Shown here piece after piece: positions 45,382-60,574 of a DNA stretch of 64,000 nucleotides. The stretch is from Anaeromyxobacteraceae bacterium. GTDB lineage: Bacteria; Myxococcota; Myxococcia; Myxococcales; Anaeromyxobacteraceae. Numbering within the stretch: the first letter of the stretch is position 1; every line of letters starts with the position of its first letter. Position numbers and translations under genes: made by a program. The stretch lies in contig JAULAX010000002.1 of the NCBI GenBank assembly GCA_032654565.1, forward strand, positions 96,001 to 160,000, given 5' to 3'. The notes beneath the pieces were generated by a model. It was not told where the DNA came from and did no database searches. It saw nothing but the letters and a program-made list of their open reading frames with translations.

Positions 45382-46437
45382 TCATGCGGCCACTTGGTTG
45401 GAGGCGGTGTAGCCGGTTGGAACGTAGGTCTCGCCGCTGCTCCAGAGCCGGTGCAGCAGCACCGCGAGCTTGCGTGCGACCGCGACGACGGCCCGCTTCT
45501 TGGCGTTCTTCTTGCCTCGGGCAGCCAGGACCAGGCCCCACCGCTTCAGGTCGGAGTCGGGTCCCCGGAAGAGGATGTACTGGGCGCACTGGACGAGGAG
45601 CCGGCGCACGTAGGGGTCGCCCTCCTTGCTGATGCGGCACTCCGGGTCGGAGTCGCCGGACTGGTGGCGGGCCGCCGTCAGTCCGAGGAACGCCCCCACG
45701 GCCCGGCTGTTCCGGAAGCGCCTCGGGTCCTCCAAGGTCAACACGAAGGCGAGGCTGGTGACGGGCCCCACCCCGTTGATCTGGCTGAGGCGCGTGGTCT
45801 CCGGGTAGGCCTCACCGGCCCGCTTCACCAGTCGCTCGTCGCACTCGTCGATCTGGATCGCGATGGCCTCCAGGCACTTCAAGACCGGCTCCAGCGCCGG
45901 CCTGAGGTAGGCGGGGACCAGCTCCGCCACGCGCTTGGGGAGGCTGGCCGGCTGGCAGGACGGGAACCGCAGGCCGAACGGCTTCACGATACCGCGCAGG
46001 TGGTTGACGAGCCTGGTTCGTTCCCTGACCAGCGTGTCTCGGGAACGGAGCAGGACCAGATCGGCCTGGGCGGCGTCGCTGCGGTGCCGGACCGGGCTGA
46101 GCAGGCTCGGGTCGAAACGCCCAAGCCGCGCCAGCAACTCGGCGTCGCGCTGGTCCGACTTCCGCCTGGACTTGGCGATGAGCTGGACGCGGCGCGGGTT
46201 GGCCACCACCACCTCATGGCCGCACCCCTCGACCACCCGCGAGAACCACCTCGAATGCGTCCCGACCTCGATGACCACCAGCGCGCGTGGGCACTTCGCG
46301 AACCACTCCCGAATCGCATTCGCTTCGGTCTTGACCTTCACCCACTCGATCGGCGTCCCACCCCCGTCCAGGACGCACAGATCGGACTTCCGGTCGCCGA
46401 TGTCACAGCCGATGAACATCTTGATAGGCTCCGCCAT
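45382..46437 (-). CDS. IS110-family DEDD recombinase/transposase
   Basis: IGCDIG, VIEVG and KSDQRDA (RuvC DEDD); INGVGP, HQSG (catalytic Ser), ISKEGD and AVARKL; RBS AAAGGAG. Confidence 0.95.
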   Translation of the reverse strand: MAEPIKMFIGCDIGDRKSDLCVLDGGGTPIEWVKVKTEANAIREWFAKCPRALVVIEVGTHSRWFSRVVEGCGHEVVVANPRRVQLIAKSRRKSDQRDAELLARLGRFDPSLLSPVRHRSDAAQADLVLLRSRDTLVRERTRLVNHLRGIVKPFGLRFPSCQPASLPKRVAELVPAYLRPALEPVLKCLEAIAIQIDECDERLVKRAGEAYPETTRLSQINGVGPVTSLAFVLTLEDPRRFRNSRAVGAFLGLTAARHQSGDSDPECRISKEGDPYVRRLLVQCAQYILFRGPDSDLKRWGLVLAARGKKNAKKRAVVAVARKLAVLLHRLWSSGETYVPTGYTASNQVAA

Positions 46438-46639
46438 GGTCGCTCTCCTTTGCACCCTCGAGTGCGCTACTGGCCCAGCCTAGCTGGACCACGGGAGAGC
46501 GACCTCTCCATCCCATCTCGCGCCCGGTCCGGCGGAGCCCCTGCGCTCGGTCAGGACGGCCCGTGCCCCAGCCGGCGTTCCGGCCCACGTCCCGGCCCAC
46601 GTCGCGGTCCGGAGGCGCCGGTGGGGCGGTTCACCCTGA

Positions 46640-46719
46640 GCGCGAGCTTCGCAGCCTCAAGCCGCCCGGGCTCGCGGACACCGCCCTGGCGAGAAGGCGC
46701 GCCGCAGGCGCGACGAGCG
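46640..46719. repeat. REP/MITE-like inverted arm (right) carrying an empty IS target
   Basis: gcgcgAGcttcgcagcc at 46640-46656, plus the 34-bp arm at 46686-46719. Confidence 0.85.
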
Positions 46720-46800
46720 CGAAGGGGGAGCCGCTCCCCGGCGCGACGGGTCGCCGGCTTGCACGCCCCGCGCGGCGCGCGGTACCGTCCCCGCCCCGAC

Positions 46801-48012
46801 ATGGTGACCCTCGACGACGTCCAGGCCGCCCGCGGCCGCATCCGCGACCGCATCTACCTCTCCCCCTGCGCCCGCTCCGAGACGCTCTCCCGGCTCTCCG
46901 GCACCCACGCCTTCCTCAAGCTGGAGAACCTCCAGATGACGGGGGCCTACAAGGAGCGCGGGGCCCTCAACAAGCTCCTGCTGCTCTCCGAGGCCGACCG
47001 GGCCCGCGGCCTGATCGCCGCCAGCGCCGGCAACCACGCCCAGGGCGTCGCCTACCACGGCGGCCGGCTCGGCGTGTCCACCACCATCGTCATGCCCGAG
47101 ACCACCCCCATCATGAAGGTGGCCAACACCCGGGCCCACGGCGCCCGGGTGGTGCTGCACGGCGCCAACTTCGACGAGGCCTACGCCGAGGCCCGGCGGC
47201 TGGAGCGCGCCGAGGGGCTCACCTTCGTCCACCCCTTCGACGACCCCGACATCATCGCCGGCCAGGGGACGGTCGGCCTGGAGCTGCTCGAGCAGGTCCC
47301 CGACCTCGACGCCGTGCTGGTGCCCGTCGGTGGCGGCGGGCTCATCTCCGGCATCGCCGTGGCCATCAAGGAGCAGCGACCCGGGGTCCGGCTCATCGGC
47401 GTCGAGGCCGAGGCCATCCCCTGCATGAAGGAGGCGCTCGAGGCCGGGCAGCTGGTCACCCTGGAGCCCTCCTCGACGCTGGCCGACGGCATCGCCGTGA
47501 AGCGGGCCGGCGAGCTCACCTTCGAGCACGCGCAGCGGTACGTCGACGAGATCGTCACCGTCTCCGAAGAGGAGATCGCCAGCGCCATCCTCTACCTGCT
47601 GGAGAAGGAGAAGACGGTGGCCGAGGGGGCCGGCGCGGTCGGCGTGGCGGCGCTGATGAACCACAAGGTCCGCGGCCTGGAGGGCATGCGGGTGGTGCCC
47701 GTCATCTCCGGCGGCAACATCGACGTCAACCTGATCGCCCGCATCATCGAGCGCGGCCTGGTCAAGGACGGCCGGCTGGTCCGGATCAGCGTCAACCTGC
47801 TCGACAAGCCGGGGCAGCTGGCGATCGTCTCCACCATCATCTCCGGCGCCCGCGCCAACGTCATCGAGGTCCACCACACCCGGGCCTTCGCCTCGCGCTT
47901 CGGCAACACCACGCTGCAGCTGACCCTGGAGACGCGCGGCACCGAGCACGTCGAGGAGATCCTGGCGGCGCTGCGCACCGAGGGCTACACCGTGGAGCGG
48001 CTGGGGCTGTAG
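46801..48012 (+). CDS. ilvA: Threonine ammonia-lyase (medium form, C-terminal ACT domain)
   Basis: KLENLQMTGAYKERGA, ASAGNHAQG, VPVGGGGLISG, ISGGNID and DKPGQL. Confidence 0.92.
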   Translation: MVTLDDVQAARGRIRDRIYLSPCARSETLSRLSGTHAFLKLENLQMTGAYKERGALNKLLLLSEADRARGLIAASAGNHAQGVAYHGGRLGVSTTIVMPETTPIMKVANTRAHGARVVLHGANFDEAYAEARRLERAEGLTFVHPFDDPDIIAGQGTVGLELLEQVPDLDAVLVPVGGGGLISGIAVAIKEQRPGVRLIGVEAEAIPCMKEALEAGQLVTLEPSSTLADGIAVKRAGELTFEHAQRYVDEIVTVSEEEIASAILYLLEKEKTVAEGAGAVGVAALMNHKVRGLEGMRVVPVISGGNIDVNLIARIIERGLVKDGRLVRISVNLLDKPGQLAIVSTIISGARANVIEVHHTRAFASRFGNTTLQLTLETRGTEHVEEILAALRTEGYTVERLGL

Positions 48013-48026
48013 CTCGGCGAGGAGCC

Positions 48027-48603
48027 ATGGCGCAGGTCGACGCCGAAGCCCGCTGCCTGGAGGCGCTCGACCGCGGCGACCACGCCGGCGCCGCCACCGT
48101 GGTGATGCGGGAGTACGGCCCGCAGCTGCTCGGCTACCTCTGCTCGGTGCTGCGCAGCGAGGCCGACGCCGGCGAGGTCTTCTCCATGTTCAGCGAGGAC
48201 CTCTGGCGCGGGCTGCCCGGCTTCCGGCGCGAGTGCCCGGCGCGGGTCTGGTGCTACCGGCTGGCCTGGCACGCCGCCGCCCGCTTCCTGCGCGATCCCT
48301 ACCGCGGCCGCGGCCGCCGCCTCGAGACCACCGAGCTGTCGCGGCTGGTCGAGGAGGTCCGCTCCTCGGTCTTCCTGGGGCGCGACCAGGCCCGCCAGGC
48401 CACCCTGGACCGGCTCCGCGAGGGGCTCAGCCCGGACGAGCGCACCCTGCTGGTGCTCCGCGTCGACCGCGGCCTGGGCTGGGGCGAGGTGGCGCTGGTG
48501 CTGGCCGACGACCAGGGCCCCCCGGTGGAGGAGGCGACGCTGCGCAAGCGCTTCGAGCGGCTCAAGGAGAAGCTGGCCGAGCGGGCCCGGCTGGAGGGTC
48601 TGC

Positions 48604-48611
<8 letters not shown>
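48027..48611 (+). CDS. ECF-type RNA polymerase sigma factor
   Basis: Sigma2 segment YGPQLLGYL...LWRGLPGF...WCYRLA; sigma4 segment LSPDERTLLVLR...WGEVA. Confidence 0.85.
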
Positions 48612-52228
<3,617 letters not shown>

Positions 52229-52242
<14 letters not shown>

Positions 52243-53413
52243 TGGGGAGACCGGCCAGCACCTCGTCGAGGGCGCCCAGGAAGGCGTCGAGCTGGGCCGG
52301 CTCATGCCCCGCGGTGAGCGCCACCCGCAGCCGGCTGGTGCCGCGCGGCACGGTGGGCGGCCGGATGGCCCGCACGTAGAAGCCCCGCTGGCGCAGCCCC
52401 GCCGCCACCGCCAGCGCCCTGGCCTCGCTCCCCAGCACCACCGGGAAGATGGGCGAGACCACGCGCGAGACGTCGAAGCCGCGGGCCAGCAGCCCGGCCT
52501 TGAGCTGGGCGATGAGCGCCTGGAGCCGCTCCCGCCGCGCCGGCTCGGTGCGGACGATCTCCAGCGCCGCCAGGGCCGCGCCGCAGGCCGCCGGGGGCAG
52601 CGCGGTGGTGAAGACGAAGGTGCGGGCCCGGGTCAGCAGCAGCTCGCGCAGCCTCCCCTCGCCGGCCACGTAGGCGCCGAAGGCCCCCAGCGCCTTCCCC
52701 AGCGTCCCCATCTCCACGTCGACCCGGTGCTTCAGGCCGAGCTGCTCGGCCAGCCCGGCGCCGGTGGGGCCGAGCACGCCCACCGCGTGGGCCTCGTCGA
52801 CGTAGAGCATGGCGCCGTGGTGGTCGCAGGCGTCGGCCAGCGCCGCCAGCGGCGCGGCGTCGCCGTCCATGGAGAAGACGGCGTCGGTGATCACCAGCTT
52901 GCGGCGGGCCTTCGAGCCCGCCAGCAGGCCGGCCAGGGCCCCGGCGTCGCCGTGGGGGTAGCGGTGCAGCCCGGCGCGGGAGAGCAGCGCCCCGTCGATG
53001 ATGGAGGCGTGGTTGAGCTCGTCGGAGAAGATGGCGTCGTCGCGCCCCACCAGCACCGGCGGCACCCCGGCGTTGGCGTGGTAGCCGGAGTTGAAGAGCA
53101 GCGCCGCCTCGCTGCGGTGCAGCCCGGCCAGCGCCGCCTCCAGCCGGCCGTGGATGGGGAGGTCGCCGGCCACCAGGCGCGAGGCGCCGGCCCCCGCCCC
53201 CTCGCTGAGCGCCGCCTCGGCGGCCGCCCGCATCACCCGCGGATCGCCGGCCAGCCCCAGGTAGTCGTTGGAGCAGAGGTTGACCAGCGCCTGCCCGCGC
53301 ACCTCCACCACCGCCCCCTGCCTGGGGCCGAGCGGCTCGAGGGCCCGGCGCAGGCCGGCCTCGGAGAGCTTCTGCAGCTCCCGGTCGATCCAGTCGAGGG
53401 GGGCGCGGGCCAC
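52229..53413 (-). CDS. bioF: 8-amino-7-oxononanoate synthase
   Basis: SNDYLGL, SGYHAN, HASIIDG, FSMDGD, DEAHA, TLGKALG and IRPPTVP. Confidence 0.95.
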
Positions 53414-53444
53414 GGGGATCGGCGGGGCGGGTGGCGCGGCGAGG

Positions 53445-54518
53445 CTAGCGGACCACCGGCAGGCCGCGCGGCCTGCGCGGGGCGGTGGCCTGCTCGTTCC
53501 AGTGGATCTCGGCCTCGGCCTCGCCGGTGTAGCTCCAGCGGCCGGTGCCGGGCGGGCGCAGCGACATCCCCTCCTGCGCCACCATGCCGATGACGTCGGC
53601 GGGCGTGCCGCCGGCGCTGGTCAGGTAGTTGCCCACCATGGTGCCGTCGGCGCCGGCCTCGAAGATGCGGTGCTGCAGGTCGCCGAGGTTCACCTCGCGC
53701 CCGCCCATCACGAAGATGTGGGCCGCCGGCATCATCAGCCGGAAGACCGCCAGCGCCGCCAGGCACTCCTCCGGGGTGATGGCCTTGACGTGCTCCATGG
53801 GGGTGCCGGGGCGCGGGTTGAGGAAGTTGACGGGCACGCAGTGGATGCCGAGCTCGCGGATGGTCTCGGCGAACTCCACCCGCTGCTCCGGGCTCTCGCC
53901 CATGCCGAGGATGCCGCCCGAGCAGACCTGGAAGCCGAGGTCGCGGGCCGCCTTGATGGTGTCGAGCTGCTCGTCGTAGGTGTGGGTGGTGCAGACCTGG
54001 TCGAAGTGGCTGCGCGCCGTCTCCAGGTTGTGGTGGTAGTGCATCAGGCCGGCGGCCTTGAGCCGCTTGAGCTCCGGCGCCCGCATCAGCCCGAGCGAGG
54101 CGCAGGGCTCCACGCCCGACTCCTCGCGGATCAGCTTGACCGCCGCCTCGACGGTCTGGAGCTCCTCCTCCTTGGCCATCCGCGTGCCGCTGGTGACGAT
54201 GGAGAACTCGCGGGCCCCGGCCTGCTCGGCGACCTTGGCCTGCTCGGCGATCTGCCGCGCCGACATGAGCGGGTACTCCGGCGCGGTGGCCTCGTCGAAG
54301 TGGGCCGACTGCGAGCAGAAGCCGCAGTTCTCCGGGCAGTGACCGCTCTTGGCGTTGACGATCCCGCAGAGCGAGACCTCGGCGCCGTGCACGGCGGCGC
54401 GCACCGCGTTGGCGCGGGCCAGCAGGGCCTCCAGCGCGGGGCCGGAGGTGTGGTGGATGAGGCGGCGGGCCTCGTCGGCGGAGATGGGGGCGATGCCGGG
54501 GGGGAGCGTGGTGGCCAT
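53445..54518 (-). CDS. bioB: Biotin synthase
   Basis: [11 protein letters not shown] (radical SAM), [22 protein letters not shown] and GNYLT. Confidence 0.96.
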   Translation of the reverse strand: MATTLPPGIAPISADEARRLIHHTSGPALEALLARANAVRAAVHGAEVSLCGIVNAKSGHCPENCGFCSQSAHFDEATAPEYPLMSARQIAEQAKVAEQAGAREFSIVTSGTRMAKEEELQTVEAAVKLIREESGVEPCASLGLMRAPELKRLKAAGLMHYHHNLETARSHFDQVCTTHTYDEQLDTIKAARDLGFQVCSGGILGMGESPEQRVEFAETIRELGIHCVPVNFLNPRPGTPMEHVKAITPEECLAALAVFRLMMPAAHIFVMGGREVNLGDLQHRIFEAGADGTMVGNYLTSAGGTPADVIGMVAQEGMSLRPPGTGRWSYTGEAEAEIHWNEQATAPRRPRGLPVVR

Positions 54519-54548
54519 GAGGCGGGGAGGATGTCAGGCCGGATCGGG

Positions 54549-54583
54549 CTCGTCAACCGGATGGCCGCGGAAGGGTTGACGAG
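54549..54583. promoter_or_regulatory. BirA-type operator overlapping the bioB promoter
   Basis: Perfect IR CTCGTCAACC-N15-GGTTGACGAG; minus-strand TTGACG-N17-CATCCT promoter overlaps it. Confidence 0.8.
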
Positions 54584-54633
54584 TGAGAACGGACGTTTGC
54601 GGGGGCGATCGGCGGCGGCGAAGTCCGGCGCGC

Positions 54634-55047
54634 TCAGGCCGGGCCGCGGACCAGGTGGTCGCGCGGCGACCGGGCCACCTCGGGGAAGGCGGCCAGGAGC
54701 TCCCGGTCGGAGGTGACCAGCGGAGCCTCCAGCGCCAGGGCCAGCGCCACGAACTCGCAGTCGTAGGCGGTGCAGCCCGAGGCGGCCGCCAGCCGGAGCA
54801 CCTCCCCGGAGTCGGGGAGCCGCTCGCCGGGGCCGAAGCGCGCCTCGGCCCAGTCCACCAGCCTGAGCGCGCCGGCCAGGTCCAGCCGCCTGGCCCGCAG
54901 CAGCTTCAGCAGCACCGCCCGCCACTCCGAGCGCCACAGCACCGGCAGGACCCAGGCGGGATCGGCCAGGAGGATCCGCCCAGCCTCGCCGTTCAGCTCC
55001 GACGGCAGCAGGAGCGCGGCGACCAGGTTGGTGTCGGCCACGATCAC
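54634..55047 (-). CDS. PIN-domain (VapC/FitB-like) toxin
   Basis: IVADTNLV, WRSE, TAYDCEFVALA and LVTSD. Confidence 0.9.
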   Translation of the reverse strand: MIVADTNLVAALLLPSELNGEAGRILLADPAWVLPVLWRSEWRAVLLKLLRARRLDLAGALRLVDWAEARFGPGERLPDSGEVLRLAAASGCTAYDCEFVALALALEAPLVTSDRELLAAFPEVARSPRDHLVRGPA

Positions 55048-55283
55048 CGGCGCCCCTCCCGCTTGGCCGCGGTGACCTCCGCGTCGCTCACCTGGCCGCG
55101 CACCAGGCGTCGCAGCGGCCGGACCTGGGCCAGGAGGGCCCGCGCGTCGACCCGCTCGGCGCCGGCCGCCTCCAGCAGGCAGGCGATGATCTCGCGGTTG
55201 AGGCTTCGCCCGCTCGACTCGGCCCGCTCGCGGAGCTTGCGGTGCAGGTTGGCCGGGAGGTTCTTGATGGTGATGGAGGGCAC
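55044..55283 (-). CDS. Ribbon-helix-helix (FitA/Arc-like) antitoxin
   Basis: SITIKNLP..LHRKLRERAESSGRSLNREI; overlaps the toxin start. Confidence 0.88.
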   Translation of the reverse strand: MPSITIKNLPANLHRKLRERAESSGRSLNREIIACLLEAAGAERVDARALLAQVRPLRRLVRGQVSDAEVTAAKREGRR

Positions 55284-55493
55284 GGGGAGGGCTCGCATCT
55301 GGAACCGTAATGCAACCGTCGCGCCACCACAACCTGGCCGGCGCTCGGTGTCGGCGGCCTGCGCCCCCCCGAATTCCACTTCGTGCGCACGAAGTTGCGT
55401 TTGGGGGATCACGTTCGGGGCCTGCGAGCAGCAGCGACCGCCACCACCTTCGGGTCCCTTGGGCGTCAGAGCCACGGACTACCTTCCTCCACC

Positions 55494-56879
55494 GTGACCC
55501 GCATCGCCGCCAAGCAGAAGACCGTCTTCGCCTGCACCGAGTGCGGCCAGTCGAGCCCCAAGTGGCTCGGCCAGTGCCCGGCCTGCCGCAAGTGGAACAC
55601 GCTGCAGGAGGAGGTGGTCGTCGCCGAGCAGAAGGGGGCGACGCCGCGTGGCTGGGGGCCGGCCGGCGGGGCCCGCCCCATGCCGCTGCACGAGATCGAG
55701 GCCGACGAGGCGGCGCGGATCCGCACCGGCATCGTCGAGCTGGACCGGGTGCTGGGCGGCGGCGTGGTGCCGGGCAGCCTGATCCTGCTGGGCGGCGACC
55801 CGGGCATCGGCAAGTCGACGCTGATCCTGGCGGTGCTGGACCGGCTGGCCCGGGCCCGGCCGGAGCGCCCGGTGCTCTACGTCTCCGGCGAGGAGTCGGC
55901 CCGCCAGGTCAAGCTGCGCGCCGACCGGCTCGGGGCCATGGCCCCCAACCTGCACGTGCTGGCCGAGACCGACGCGGTGCGCGTGCTCCACGCCGCCGAC
56001 GCCCTCACGCCGGCGGCGCTGGTCATCGACTCCATCCAGACCCAGTACCTGCCCGAGCTGCAGAGCGCCCCCGGCACGGTCTCGCAGATCCGCGAGGTGA
56101 CCGCCCGCTTCATGGCCTTCGCCAAGACCACCGAGACGCCGGTCTTCCTCATCGGCCACGTCACCAAGGACGGCGCCATCGCCGGGCCGCGGGTGCTCGA
56201 GCACATGGTCGACACCGTCCTCTACTTCGAGGGCGGCGGCGCCCACCCCTACCGGATCCTGCGCGCCCACAAGAACCGCTTCGGCTCGGCCTCGGAGATC
56301 GGCGTCTTCGAGATGAAGTCGGGCGGCCTGGTGGAGGTGCCCAACCCCTCGGCGCTCTTCCTGGCCGAGCGGCCGCTCGACGCGCCGGGCAGCGCCGTGG
56401 CGGCGGTGCTCAACGGCACCCGCACCGTGCTGGTTGAGATCCAGGCGCTGGTGGCCCCCACCGGCTTCGGCACCCCGCGCCGCACCGCGCTCGGCGTCGA
56501 CTCGAACCGGGTGGCGCTGCTGGCGGCGGTGCTGGAGAAGAAGGTGGGCCTGGAGATCCTGGCCTGCGACCTCTTCGTCAACGTGGCCGGCGGCCTGACC
56601 CTCGACGACCCGGCCGCCGACCTCGCCACCATCGCGGCGCTGGCCTCGTCGTTCCGCGAGCGGGCCATCCCGCAGCGGACGCTGCTGCTCGGCGAGGTGG
56701 GGCTGGCCGGCGAGGTGCGGGCGGTCACCCAGCCGGAGCTGCGGCTGGCCGAGGCGGCCCGGCTCGGCTTCACCCGGGCGGTGCTGCCGGCGGCCAACGC
56801 CCGCCACAGCGAAATCCCCCGCGGCATGGAGGTCGCCGCGGTGGAGACGGTGGCCGAGGCGCTCGACCAGCTGGGCTGA
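55494..56879 (+). CDS. radA: DNA repair protein RadA/Sms
   Basis: C4 zinc finger CTECG..CPAC, GDPGIGKST, KNRFG and Lon-like GEVGLAGEVR. Confidence 0.96.
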   Translation: MTRIAAKQKTVFACTECGQSSPKWLGQCPACRKWNTLQEEVVVAEQKGATPRGWGPAGGARPMPLHEIEADEAARIRTGIVELDRVLGGGVVPGSLILLGGDPGIGKSTLILAVLDRLARARPERPVLYVSGEESARQVKLRADRLGAMAPNLHVLAETDAVRVLHAADALTPAALVIDSIQTQYLPELQSAPGTVSQIREVTARFMAFAKTTETPVFLIGHVTKDGAIAGPRVLEHMVDTVLYFEGGGAHPYRILRAHKNRFGSASEIGVFEMKSGGLVEVPNPSALFLAERPLDAPGSAVAAVLNGTRTVLVEIQALVAPTGFGTPRRTALGVDSNRVALLAAVLEKKVGLEILACDLFVNVAGGLTLDDPAADLATIAALASSFRERAIPQRTLLLGEVGLAGEVRAVTQPELRLAEAARLGFTRAVLPAANARHSEIPRGMEVAAVETVAEALDQLG

Positions 56880-56938
56880 GCCGGGCCCGCCCTCGCGCCA
56901 CGCAGCGCCGCCGCGGCGTGGCGTGGCGTGGCGTGACG

Positions 56939-58414
<1,476 letters not shown>

Positions 58415-58430
58415 GGCGTCCCTCCCGCTC

Positions 58431-59222
58431 CTACTCGATCGAGGCCAGGAAGCGGATGGCGGCGTCGGCGCAGGCCTCGCGCTCCACGTCGACGCCCACC
58501 AGGTGGTAGCTCTCCGGCAGCTCCAGGTACTCGGCCGGCCCGCTGCCGATCCGCCGCGCCAGCCGCCGGGCCCCGGCCACCGTCACGGTGTGGTCCTGGC
58601 CGCCCATCACCACCAGCGCCGGCGCCGCGATGCCGGGCAGGAAGGAGTCGACCCGCGCCGCCAGCGCCTGCAGCTCGGCCACCGCGCCCAGCGGCACGCC
58701 GGTGAGGCAGGGGTTGCGCGCCTTCATCTGCGGGTCGCGGACGTCGGAGCCGGAGCCCTTGGGGGCGATCCTGCGCCAGAGCAGCGAGCTGCGCCCCAGC
58801 AGGCCGCCCAGCTTCCCGGTGGCCTGCAGCTCCAGCGCCGGGGCCAGCAGCACCAGCCCCTCGACCCGCTCCGGCAGGTCGTGGGCCAGGGCGCAGGCCA
58901 CCAGGGCGCCCATCGAGCAGCCGGCCACGACGACGCGGCGGGCGCCGGCGAGGCGGGCCAGGTCGCGGCGGGCGTGGGCCACCCACTCGGTCCAGGGGAT
59001 GCCGACCAGGTCCTCCGGGGTGCGGCCGTGGCCGGCCATCACCGGCGCCAGGCAGCGGTACCCCTGGGCGGAGAGGCGCAGCGCCAGGTGGTGCATCTCG
59101 AAGGGCGCGCCGGTCAGGCCGTGCAGCAGCAGCACGGCGTCGGGCCCGCCGGGGAGGTCGAGCTCCCGCCCCTCGTCGATGGCGCGGCGCTGTTCAGGGG
59201 TCGGGGTCGGGTCGCTTCTCAC
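58431..59222 (-). CDS. Alpha/beta hydrolase (carboxylesterase/monoacylglycerol lipase-like)
   Basis: LLHGLTG, GHG, GCSMG, DHTV and SYH. Confidence 0.87.
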   Translation of the reverse strand: MRSDPTPTPEQRRAIDEGRELDLPGGPDAVLLLHGLTGAPFEMHHLALRLSAQGYRCLAPVMAGHGRTPEDLVGIPWTEWVAHARRDLARLAGARRVVVAGCSMGALVACALAHDLPERVEGLVLLAPALELQATGKLGGLLGRSSLLWRRIAPKGSGSDVRDPQMKARNPCLTGVPLGAVAELQALAARVDSFLPGIAAPALVVMGGQDHTVTVAGARRLARRIGSGPAEYLELPESYHLVGVDVEREACADAAIRFLASIE

Positions 59223-59263
59223 GGGCTCTCGCGGCGCGGCTCCCGGGGTGCTAGGAGATCCGC

Positions 59264-59566
59264 ATGTCCGACAAGACTACCCCAGCTCCGCACGCCATCC
59301 AGATCCAGATCGACCCGGTGACCGCCAACGGCGCCTTCATCAACCTGGCCATGGTCAACCACACCGAGACCGAGTTCACCCTCGACCTCGCCTACGTGCA
59401 GCCCCAGGCCCCCCAGGCCACGGTGCGTGCCCGGGCCATCACCACCCCCAAGCACATGAAGCGGCTGCTGCTGGCCATCCAGGACAACCTCTCCCGGTAC
59501 GAAGCCCGCTTCGGGACCATCGACCTCGGCGACACCCCCCACTTCCCCGGCGGGGTGGTCAACTGA
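59264..59566 (+). CDS. DUF3467-type protein
   Basis: NLAMVNHTETEFTLD, TPKHMKRL and NLSRYEARFG. Confidence 0.85.
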   Translation: MSDKTTPAPHAIQIQIDPVTANGAFINLAMVNHTETEFTLDLAYVQPQAPQATVRARAITTPKHMKRLLLAIQDNLSRYEARFGTIDLGDTPHFPGGVVN

Positions 59567-59778
59567 TCGCGCCGGCGCCGGCTGCTGGTGGCGCCGGCGC
59601 AAGCCTCCTCCAGCTGCGTCGTTGGCGAGGAGAGGGGCGGAAGACCTTACCCGGCGGTTCGCTGGTCCGGATTGCGCGCCCTGAAGGGCGCGCGGTTTGA
59701 GGTCCGCGGCGCGGCCGCTGGTCCGCCACCTGAACGCCCGTCCATGATCGCCCGCCCCTGATCCCGGGGGGTTGGCCG

Positions 59779-59794
59779 CGGCACGCCCCCTGCT
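59779..59794 (+). promoter_or_regulatory. Putative sigma54 promoter
   Basis: CGGCACGCCCCCTGCT against the consensus TGGCACGNNNNTTGCW. Confidence 0.55.
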
Positions 59795-59838
59795 CTCTCC
59801 CTGGTCGTGCAGCAACCAACCACGAACATGGAGCGAAC

Positions 59839-60102
59839 ATGAGCGACCAGAAGGAAGCGAACGGCAAGAAGCTGGCGGTCTACGCCATCAACGAGAAGGA
59901 CGGCGACCGGGCGGCCTGGTGGCAGAAGATCGGCATGGCCTTCACCAACCGGGACGGCAGCATCGCCATCTACCTCGACGCCCTGCCTCTCGGCACCAAC
60001 AAGCTGCAGATCCGCGAGCCGCGCGACGAGGCCCGCCCCGGCGCCGCCGCGCCGGCCAGCGCCAACGGGAGCGGCAAGCGCGGCGAGGAGGCCCGCCCGT
60101 GA
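59839..60102 (+). CDS. Small beta-rich hypothetical protein (possible ssDNA-binding fold)
   Basis: [31 protein letters not shown]. Confidence 0.75.
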   Translation: MSDQKEANGKKLAVYAINEKDGDRAAWWQKIGMAFTNRDGSIAIYLDALPLGTNKLQIREPRDEARPGAAAPASANGSGKRGEEARP

Positions 60103-60443
60103 CCCGCTGGCTCCGGGTCGCGGCGACGGTGGCCGGGCTGGCGCTGGCCCTCCCCGCGCTGGCGGCCCCGGCCGCCAAGAAGGGGCTGGCGCCCAACGAC
60201 CGGATCGACCTCAACCGGGCCAGCACCGTGGAGCTGATGCGGCTCCCCGGCGTCGGCCAGAAGAAGGCGCAGGCCATCGTGGCGCTGCGCAGCCGCCAGC
60301 CCTTCAAGAAGCCGGAGGACGTGGTGGCGGTGAAGGGGCTGGGGCCGGCCTGGTTCGCCAAGGTCAAGGCCCACCTGGTGGTCGGCGCGCCGCTGGGCGC
60401 CGCCCCCGCCGCCGCGCCGGTGGCGACCACCGCGCGGCGGTGA
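60099..60443 (+). CDS. comEA: ComEA-like helix-hairpin-helix DNA-binding protein
   Basis: Signal peptide; [24 protein letters not shown]...VKGLG. Confidence 0.88.
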   Translation: MTRWLRVAATVAGLALALPALAAPAAKKGLAPNDRIDLNRASTVELMRLPGVGQKKAQAIVALRSRQPFKKPEDVVAVKGLGPAWFAKVKAHLVVGAPLGAAPAAAPVATTARR

Positions 60444-60574
60444 ACTTCAACCCTTGAAGCAGGGCGTGCGCCAAGCGCCGGATCTCCCTCCTCTTCGGCG
60501 CCGCGCCCGCCCTGCCTCGACCCGCCGTTCCGGTGGCGCGCCGATCTCGCGCCTTGACGGCCCGCCTCCGCTCC

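Larger units (their letters stand above)
45121..46518 (-). mobile_element. IS110-family (IS1111 group) insertion sequence, 1398 bp, CT core
   Basis: 15-bp sub-terminal IRs ATGGAGAGGTCGCTC (45124-45138 and 46497-46511), 3 and 7 nt from the ends; CT at 45119-45120 and 46517-46518; long 3' non-coding end. Confidence 0.9.

Noticed and set aside
45376..46800. Apparent 475-aa N-terminal extension of threonine ammonia-lyase
   Set aside because: It is antisense to the IS110 transposase; the real start is ATG 46801.
56892..56936. (GCGTG)n microsatellite between radA and glpK
   Set aside because: It pairs with the upstream cgccacgc to form an ordinary hairpin between convergent genes.
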